A stretch of 64,000 nt of DNA from Octopus sinensis (Eukaryota), in the NCBI RefSeq assembly GCF_006345805.1, contig NC_043001.1, forward strand, positions 106,020,001 to 106,084,000, read 5' to 3'. Under the pieces are notes generated by a model, which was not told the DNA's origin, searched no databases, and saw only the letters and a list, made by a program, of their open reading frames with translations. A program made the translations under genes and the position numbers. Position 1 is the stretch's first letter. The number at the start of each line of letters is the position of its first letter. Below are positions 54,831-64,000 of the stretch, piece by piece.

Positions 54831-55989
54831 TTTATAAGTATGCCACAGTCACTTATCTTTAATTACAAAATTACAGTATTGCTAAATATATTAATAATTT
54901 AAACTAATTTATCTTTCTGATTTACTTTCTTCCTGAACTCTTAATACAGTTCACATACAAAATTAAGTTGCGTATAATTTGTTTTCCACTTTCATAGTGA
55001 AACACTTTCTTTCACGAAATTAATATGGATAACACATTTATTTTAGAAGATGGTATTTTGTATTCAAACATCAAAAATCTTTCCTAATACTATTAGTTCA
55101 GTCCTTCGTATATGCATAGCTACTGTAATATATTTTCTATCAGTTTCAAGATTTTTTCTATCCTAAAATGATATTATATACCTTATATTTTGCTAATGCA
55201 TAGACCATCTGCACCATCGCTTCTTTCCTTACGTCATTTTGTCCTTTGTTAATAGGGGGCGGTTTTATTTTCTGTGAATGATAGGAGAACACATCGCACT
55301 GAATTTTTTTCCCAATGGACTGAATTTCCCTATCATTGTGAATTGCATACGCATTTCCTGCAAACATTCCGATAAATAATTTTCATATAACTTGGAAACA
55401 TGATATAAGAAGTAAGCTATCAAGTGCATTCCCTTTGCCTGACCCTTTTGAGCACAAAATGAATTTATCGCATAGCATTGTGAGAGATAACAGTTCTTTA
55501 ATATTTCAGTAGTTACTGAATATAGCTGAAGTTGTATTCATGAACGTGTAAATATCACTCCGTTATGTAATATATGATTCTAGTCTTTTATGCGCTTCAG
55601 ACCAGAGACTGCGGCCATGCTAGAGCACCACCCGTGTAATCAACTTTTCCGTAACCCTTCATATACAATTGGCTTTTGGTGAAGGAGAGAGTTGACACCG
55701 CTGCCCTCTTTTAAGTTTTTTGCCATGATGTAGATTCATCTGGGATCTAGAAGACAATTGTTTCTTGAAAACATCTAAAATTTCTCCGTGTAGATCTCTC
55801 AGATATTTTGGCAACGTATTAAATAGCTGTTGGCTCTTTAATCTGAAGTTACTGCAGGACAGGTTCCTCTAGACGGGACAGCTAGGGCCTCTGGAACAGA
55901 GCATGCACTTCAGTTTTGGGTGAGGTGTTATGCATTTTGAGGCTAAGATCTTTGTTCATTTTTATCTCAGCAATTTCCTGAGTTTGTTT

Positions 55990-56219
55990 TTTGCCCTAAA
56001 TATTCGAGACTCTTTTACTCTGCCTTTTACTTGTTTCAGTCATTAGACTCTGCCACGCTCGGACCGCCTTCAAAACGTATTAGTCGAACAGGTCGAACTC
56101 AAGATTTATTCTTTTAAGCATAATACTAACTTTCTTTTGCTGAACTGCAAAGTTACCAGAGACCTAATCAAACAAAAAAGTAGTGTAATGGGAGACAAAC
56201 ATAGACAGAAATACACACT

Positions 56220-56273
<54 letters not shown>

Positions 56274-56462
56274 AATACACACACACATATACATATATAT
56301 ATACGACGGGCTTCTTTCAGTTTCCGTCGAACAGATCCACTCCCAATGCTTTGGTCGGTCCGAAGCTATATAAGAAGATACTTGCCCAAGGTGCCACGCA
56401 GTGAGACTGAACTCAGAATTATGTACTGTTTGGGAGGCAAGCTTCTTACCACACACCCACTC
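55990..56462 (-). mobile_element. SINE family B (other partial copies about 134-232 -, 605-778 -, 1515-1662 +, 2341-2424 +, 6955-7095 +, 18945-19140 +, 42636-42910 +)
   Basis: Shared family B motifs. Confidence 0.75.
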
Positions 56463-56820
56463 CAGTCTCTCTACTTTTTTATATTTGTTCTATTTGGTTC
56501 TTTATTTGTAATAATAAATATCTTTTTCCTTTTTAAATTCATGTTCGATCTTTAACCTTTCTCAAATTATTCAAGACATTATTGTTATTTTTATTCCTGC
56601 GAATGACAACATTTTGCCAGTTATTTAAATATTCTTTAACTTTTCTGAAATGAAGTTTGCAATGTTTTTAACGGTGTCGCTTAGATGGACTATTTTAGTT
56701 AGATTTAAATTTAGAAATAAATTACATCTACTGTTTATAAATATCCATTACCATTTCACGTAACCGTATCACTCTGCTATTTGGTTCTCTCTCTTTAAAA
56801 TGTTCAGTAGAATCGCTGCC

Positions 56821-56952
56821 TATATATATATAAGGATATATATATATATAAGGATATATATATATATATATAAGGATATATATATATAAGGATATATATA
56901 TAAGGATAAATATATATATATATAAGGATATATATATATATATATATCCTTA
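56821..56952 (+). repeat. AAGGAT(AT)n minisatellite with a terminal inverted unit
   Basis: About 6 units of aaggat(at)n, ending tatatatcctt. Confidence 0.85.
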
Positions 56953-58381
56953 AAATGATGCTTGTTGAGAGTTTCGTTAATATAATTTTATATCTTATCG
57001 AAATATATGTCGTTTGATGGGAATCTTTTCATTTAAGTATATGCATTTATTATACACCACTTTCATTTTAGTGCAACCATGCCTTATTGTTGCTGGAAAT
57101 TAGTGTATATCGTTTGGTAATAAGTCGAAAAAAGAGTCCTGTCGCAAACACTCTGAGGGTATTTTTTTTTAACATTCATGGTAAATTAAGCTTTTGTTTC
57201 TTATTCTTGTTTATAACACAACGGTATATGACCGAGTCACTTGGGAAGAGGTTATGGAACACGTTTTGTTTGAAGCCCCTTGCTACGGTTGACTAACATT
57301 TGATTTGTGTAAGATTGTTTACAGGAGAAAAGCTTTGAATTGAGAAGTGGTTAAAAGTAGTATATAGAGTGTTTCCTTACCCCTGAAACCTGACGAATTT
57401 TGCGCTCGAGGAATGAACAATTTGTTAATTAGATGATATTATGTTACCAATATTAAGGAGAAATTTTATCTTGATTCAAAATATCATTTAACACGAAAGA
57501 AGTATTTGTTACTTTCTCATCGTGAAATGTCACGTTACTTTCTTTTAAAACATTATAAAATTACTCAAATATATTTAGAGTTCTTAATGTTATTCATGGA
57601 AGTTGTATTTAATGTATATTAAATCATTTCCTGTATTATCTCTGGGAAAATGTGTCCATAAATATTTATTTATATTAGAGTACAAACAAACTAACCTTCA
57701 GAAATTATATGACTATTGTATCATTTGTCTTCTGCAGTTAAAAACTCTTTGCGTCATTACTTACTGCAAGTCTTCACATTTGTGCTGACATTTGTATCGA
57801 ATTAAATTAACCCCAGAATATTATTTGCAATTGTTATATTTATCCAAAACTTCTAAAAACTGTATGTTGATCTCCACATAACTTCGACTCAGCAATTTAT
57901 GAACGTCGACAAATGACAATTGATAATATAATATTTCACCTACGTCACCTGTCTTTGATCATGTTATAGGTTATCATCATCATCAGAGCAAATATGATAT
58001 TTTCTTTTGGTGTTTTACAAACTGGCGCCATCTCACTATAAACGAGAAAACGTGGGTAGTTTTGTATAGGTATAATTATACATAATTGACAGCACTTGAA
58101 TCAGTAGAATGGAAGAGGGTAACGTAATATGAAACATAACAATCTATTAATACCATTTGTAGTGTATTCATAATGTAATTCGACAATGCAATGCTTAGAC
58201 ACAGAGCTGGAGTATATGAATAGATGAGGTAAATGTAGACAACAGAAATCAAAATGTTTTGTATAATATTCTCATAGAAATATATTTCCGCAAACATTGA
58301 ATAAATTAAGTGGGAAGGGATTTTGTAACTTTATGTATCTGGAAATAATCTTTCATTATTTGTTACCATTATATACATACA

Positions 58382-58422
<41 letters not shown>

Positions 58423-58484
58423 TATATATATGAAAAAACAAGTCAAAAATAGAAAATGCTAAAATAATTTTATAGTGAACATTT

Positions 58485-58523
58485 CAGTACCGGTTTCGGT
58501 CATTTTGAGACCTTTTCAACTGT
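58485..58523 (-). ncRNA. Degenerate minimal hammerhead motif in the Penelope pseudo-LTR
   Basis: Minus strand cag-TTGAAAA-GGTC-tcaaaat-GACC-GAAA-CCGG-TA-ctg; stems I-III are present, but the core differs from CUGANGA at two positions. Confidence 0.6.
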
Positions 58524-58884
58524 AACGATTAAATAATTAAATTTAGAAAAATTAGAAGAAAAGTTTTTTTAAAGGAATATTTCTATAGTAGTGTTCAGAT
58601 ATAAGTGGCATTCTGCCTTTCTCTGACTCCCTTGTTTGCACTTGTGTGTTCGAGGTCGTTGTGAGTTCTTGGTAGGGTAGTAGAGGAAGAGGGCTGGTGA
58701 GGAAAGGGGGGTGGGAGAATCTGGGAGTGCCCTGATGGTCGTATTTTGAATGGTCAGTGGCGGCTGGCAGTCTCAGTTCAATTCAGGAGAATATTTATAT
58801 TGACAGGCTTGTTTATAGAATTAGCGTAGGTGTTATACTAAAAAACATTAGTGACAAAGTTAAGGGGTAGGGGGTGGAGAAGTA

Positions 58885-59135
58885 GAAGAAGAAGAAGAAG
58901 AAGAAGAAGAAGAAGAAGAAGGAGAAGAAGGAGAAGGAGAAGATGACGATGATGGTGATGGTGGTGATGATTATGACGACGATGATGATGATAATGATGA
59001 TGATGAAGAAGAAGAAGAAGAAGAAGGAGGAGAAGGAGAAGATGGTGGTGATGATGGTGGTGATGATGATGACGACGATGATGATGATAATGATGATGAT
59101 GAAGAAGAAGAGGAAGAAGAAGAAGAAGAAAAAAC
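58885..59135 (+). repeat. Compound (GAA)/(GAT) microsatellite with an approximately 90-bp unit duplicated
   Basis: Block gaaggagaagat...gacgacgatgatgatgataatgatgatgatgaagaag occurs twice. Confidence 0.85.
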
Positions 59136-60572
59136 AGAGAAGGGAGAATATGAATGGGTGTAAATATAGCTATGAAGGGGCTGATTAGTAATGGATTCTA
59201 TGGAGTGTAATATTTGTGTGTGTATATATATTTTTCTTTTATTCTAAAGTTGAGGTATATTAATTGTTTGTCGTAGACCCGTTAAGAAGTGGCTTGTATT
59301 TTGTAATAAAGAGATTTTCTTTACTTATTCGTTGTCTCGAGGTTGTATCGTCCCTAAATTGGTAGAGGGGGAAAATTCTGAAGTTTGGTGTTTTTTTGTT
59401 GGCGCAAGTATCTGTGCAGGGCCATTCGTTTACGCAAACCATTTTTTGTTTGGCCTATGTACTGCTCTTGTCACCCGGAGCAGGTTAGTGAGTATATTAG
59501 GTTCTCCGAAGCACATGTCAAGTTGCTTTTCACTGTAAACCGTTGTCCCTGTTTGAAGGAGAACTCTGATCCCTCAATAAGATAGTCGCATATCCCGCAA
59601 TTGGGTCTTCCACATTTTTTTACTGTCGGCTTCTGTGTTGAAGAGTGAATTCGGGCTTGTGTAAGGAGACTTTTCATGGATCTAGGCTGTCTTTTGCTTT
59701 TTATGATCGTGTGTGTTTGGAGGATTGTGTTCATTCTGTGGTCTTTTTTTAGGAGGGGTATGTTGTGGAGGATGGTATCGAAGGCTTCGTTATTGAGAGG
59801 GTTGTGTGTGGAGATGTATGGTAAGGCTTTTGGTTGTAAGTTTTTCTTGGATTTGGGATGTCTCAGTTCCTTGATGTTAAGTTGAAGGGCACGTTGAATG
59901 CACTTGTCAATAAGTGAAGGTGGATAGTTCCTGGTGATTAGGGTATCTTTTAGTTCTTGTAGTCGTGTGTCTCTGGTGTTTGCGTTAGAGACTATAGTGC
60001 ATATCCTTTTTGCTAGATTGAAGGGGATATTCATCCTGGTGTGTCTGGGGTGGCATGAATTGAATGGAAGATATTGCTTACAGTCTGTAGGCTTATAGTA
60101 TATGTCTGTTTCTATTATATTATTAGCTTTCTTAATGAGGATATCGAGGAAGGGGAGTTGTTGTTGGCTATATTCCATCGTGAATTGGATGTTTACGTCC
60201 AGTCCGTTTAAAATTTTCTGGAATTCTATGAGTTTTTCTATATTTTTATGCCAAAGGATGAAACAGTCATCTAGATATCTCTTCCAGTTGTTTTCTGTGT
60301 AGATGGAGAAAGGGCTGCCATATCTTTCTAGAACCTTACGATACAGACTGATCTCTAGGTATACTATGACTAGGTTGGCAAAGGAGGGGGCCATTCGTGT
60401 ACCCATCGCAGTCCCCGATTTTTGTCGGTAGAAGTTGTCATTGAAGGCGAAGAAGTTATTTTCCAGGATGAATTTAACCCCTTCTATCACAAATTCTTTT
60501 TTGATGCGGTGTGGTAGTTCGTTGGCGTGATTCTCTAGCCAGAATTGCATTGCCTCTAGTCCTAGGTTGTGG

Positions 60573-60619
<47 letters not shown>

Positions 60620-61241
60620 TATATCTATATACATATATATATACACATATACATATATATTTATATATATATACATAGATATATATATATATTTGGGTGT
60701 GAGTGTGTATATATATAGATGTTTGCATACATATACATAAACATATGCACGTATGTGTGTATATATACATATATATATATGTGTGTGTGTTTATGCCTGT
60801 CTGTCTCTGTGTATATGTGTCTATATATATTTATATATATATATATACAATATATATACACACACACGCACACACTCTCTCTCTCTATCTCTCTATCTGT
60901 ATATATATATACACGTGCAGTGACGTGGATGTGTTATTTCAAACAGGTGTGCAATTTCCTTTACCTGTCATAATAAAAGAGGCATTACGCAAAGAATAGT
61001 AATAAATAACATCTCAGTTATAAATTATTGAAGAGAATTCTTGAATAATATAATCGCACGTCAACAGAATGGAGAAGCAAATTTTCCTCACTGGATATGA
61101 TAAAATACAAAACATAAAGCGATTTCAAAATATTTCAGGATATAAGCGAAATTTTCTATAACATATATGCACACACACACATAGGTATATGTGCGTATTT
61201 ACAAGTATAAGTACATACATACATGTGTGTGTATACACACG

Positions 61242-61344
<103 letters not shown>

Positions 61345-61571
61345 CATACTTATATTTGGTGTCGCTGGAATTTTGATTCTACATTTATCAACACCATGTG
61401 ATTAAACTTAGTCAATAACTCCGCATTATCCTGTAGCCAGCTTCGACTTCCTGCACTTCTCAATAAGGCTAGCTGGCTCAGTGAGCCAGGGTTCTTTACG
61501 ACACCAACCTACCGTTAAGTTCCATGGGGTCAAATCCAATATTAAACAACAATAAAGATGATGATGCTGAG

Positions 61572-61587
61572 AATAATAATAATAATG

Positions 61588-61630
<43 letters not shown>

Positions 61631-61641
61631 TAATAATAATA

Positions 61642-61672
<31 letters not shown>

Positions 61673-61680
61673 TAATAATA

Positions 61681-61718
<38 letters not shown>

Positions 61719-61720
61719 CA

Positions 61721-61763
<43 letters not shown>

Positions 61764-61768
61764 CATCC

Positions 61769-61808
<40 letters not shown>

Positions 61809-61813
61809 CATCC

Positions 61814-61868
<55 letters not shown>
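61572..61868. repeat. (AAT)n directly followed by (ATT)n: AT-only palindrome
   Basis: Centre AATT at 61680-61683; left arm about 110 nt, right arm about 187 nt. Confidence 0.9.
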
Positions 61869-62139
61869 GACGATTATGAGGAGAAAGAGGAGGAAGAAGA
61901 GGAAAATGAGGAGGAGGAGGTCCGCAGCGAATAACATATATGACGGACGTGTACGGGTGAGGTCCGTGCGAAGTTGGATGAAATACGTGATAATCGGCTA
62001 ACAGGATTTATGAAACAGCAAAAATATGAAAGACCTAATGCCTCACATTAAGTACATAATTCAACTGATTCTTAATTATATCTATCTATCTATCTATATA
62101 GATATATATATATATGATAGATCGTTAGCCACTACACAC

Positions 62140-62292
62140 ATTTTTTCTCCTTGTTTTTCCTGTGTTCCTTTCTGTAGAAGAGCGTAGGCTCGAAACGTAA
62201 AATACTTTTTCTATTCCTGAGCGTTATACTAATATATCTGTTTGTTTTGTACACCATCTGTCTTCGTCTTTTGTTTTTTCGGAAACTCTCCT
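62140..62292 (+). repeat. Dispersed repeat with hammerhead-like motif (copy 3 of 3)
   Basis: CTGTAGA-A-GAGC-gtag-GCTC-GAAA-CG-TA at 62172-62199 (A6 replaced by T); TA-rich flanks. Confidence 0.65.
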
Positions 62293-62345
<53 letters not shown>

Positions 62346-63150
62346 CTATGTATGTATGTACGTATGTATGTATGAATGTATGTATATACACATATATACA
62401 TGTATGCATGCTTACGTACACATACACATGTGTGTGCACAGTCAATTACAGGATCTCTGTCTGTGGATTTCACCTAACTCTCTCTTAAGCGTCTTTTTAA
62501 ATTCAAGTACATACTCCCTTGAAGATCATAGTTATTCTTACCATTATCACCACAAGCAGCAACATCATCATGTTCACTAGCGTCGCCGCCATCATCACCA
62601 ACAGCAACAGCAACGCCGTTTTCATCATATTTGTAGACATGCGAATCTTTTAAATGTAACATATTACTCTCTAACTGAAATGATGAGTAAAAGAAATATC
62701 AAACAAAATCACAATAATGCAATGTGTAATGTAGAGTTTAAAACCAAATTACGATTCTTACAGCGAGTCGTCTTACTTCACCTTATATAACGAATATCTC
62801 TTGTATATTTATCGGTAGCTGCCATCTTACGTGAGCTGCGCTACAATTTCTTGAATGCACTATTGACATGTTCGATAAAGTGAGTGCAAGTTATACAGCG
62901 CGGTCGATTTAATCAATAATACCAATCTTCAAGAAATGTGTGACGTGTATTCATATAAGAAATCAATGTGTACCATAGATATGTTATGTAACGCCATGGT
63001 TGCAAAGGAGATGTTTTCCAATCTATAACCTCTGTACAGTTATTTAACATAAATTATTTCACATGAATGGGTATTAATTATTTGTTACAATAAATGTTAA
63101 ATAGAACGTCAAAAGGGCGCTCCGAGGTCAACTCCACTACGTGACATCTT

Positions 63151-63200
<50 letters not shown>

Positions 63201-63203
<3 letters not shown>

Positions 63204-63718
63204 ATAAATTTAGGAAGGACTTGATAAAAATATTTAAGGAGTTCGGTCTGTTCCTAACGATTACCAACGACTGGACTACGGTCGATTTCTTGAACGTAAC
63301 CTTAGACCTGAATAAGTGCAAGTATTGTCCGTTCAAGAAGCCTAACAGGGAAGCAATATACATCCACGAAGGTTTAACCCATCTTTCCGCTGTAAATAGA
63401 AACCAGGTTTCAGGCATTAGTAAGAGACTCTCTGATCAGCCAATAGAAAGGCATTTAACAGGGCCTCCCGACTACAACGATGCTTTGGCTAGAAGCGGGT
63501 TTCCCGAGAAGCGCACGTACGTGGATCACCCCCAAGCAACTTTTTCTCTCACCAAAAGGATTAGAAAAAGGAAAATTATATCATATAACTCTCCTTTCAA
63601 TTTAGAAGTTTCTTCTAACGTGGCTTGAGGTTTCCTGTCGTTAATTAAGAAACACTACCCCAGAAGCTACAAGTATTACAAACTCTTCACCCCAATATTA
63701 TGAAGGTGAGCTAGTCCA
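63201..63718 (+). mobile_element. Second Penelope-like lineage, RT C-terminal/thumb fragment
   Basis: IFKEFGL.LTI....TTVDFLNVTLDL....YCPFKKPN....YIH, and RKRKIISYNSPFNLEVSSNV; flanked by (TA)n. Confidence 0.7.
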
Positions 63719-63734
63719 ACTATATATATATATA

Positions 63735-64000
63735 TACTCTTTACTCTTTTACTCTTTTACTTGTTTCAGTCATTTGACTGCGGCCATGCTGGAGCACCAC
63801 CTTTTCATCGAACAAATCGAACCCGGGACTTATTCTTTTGTAAGCCCAGTACTTATTCTATCGGTCTCTTTTGCCGAACCGCTAAGTAACGGGTACATAA
63901 ACAGCATCGGTTGTCAAGCAATGCTAGGGGGACAAACACACACACGCATATATATTTGTACATATATACGACGGGCTTCTTTCAGTTTCCGTCTACCAAA
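63735..64000 (-). mobile_element. SINE family B 3' part, runs off the window
   Basis: (ctctttta)n tail and gactgcggccatgctggagcaccacc. Confidence 0.8.

Larger units (their letters stand above)
58432..60575 (-). mobile_element. Penelope-like element, 5'-truncated: RT + GIY-YIG endonuclease plus 3' pseudo-LTR
   Basis: ORF 59471-60550: GTAMGTRMAPSFANL, WKRYLDDCF, LPFLD, YKPTD..QYL.FNSCHP, C..PNCGIC, NLIYSLTC; continues past a TGA into QEQYIGQT (GIY-YIG); downstream non-coding region with a hammerhead-like motif; (TA)n at both ends. Confidence 0.93.

Noticed and set aside
55158-55520. Protein-like minus-strand frames (70-90 codons)
   Set aside because: No homology recognised and no convincing paired splice sites.

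Overview
AT-rich animal genomic DNA, very dense in microsatellites ((TA)n, (CA)n, (GATA)n, (TACA)n) and retroposons. The SINE families resemble those I recall from octopus/cephalopods (inference, not checked). No complete host gene is recognisable, and most ORFs in the track are microsatellite artefacts. Identifiable coding remnants are all mobile elements: a near-complete but inactivated CR1-group ORF2 (APE+RT, 19.9-22.6 kb, minus) plus smaller CR1-group pieces; a Penelope-like element (RT+GIY-YIG, 58.4-60.6 kb, minus) and a second Penelope-like fragment (63.2 kb); an L1/Tx1-clade 3' fragment inside a (GATA)n array; several R4/Dong-like RLE LINE pieces; mariner/Tc1 remnants; a Helitron-like 3' end; and more than 20 copies of three tRNA-type SINE families. 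Most interesting: a type I hammerhead ribozyme with an intact core at 4632-4716 in a short TA-flanked element, a dispersed family of related degenerate hammerhead motifs, apparent microsatellite-targeted LINE insertions, a LINE-SINE shared 3' tail, several long hairpins/inverted repeats, and a candidate plus-strand start exon encoding MGCCIS (myristoylation-type N-terminus).
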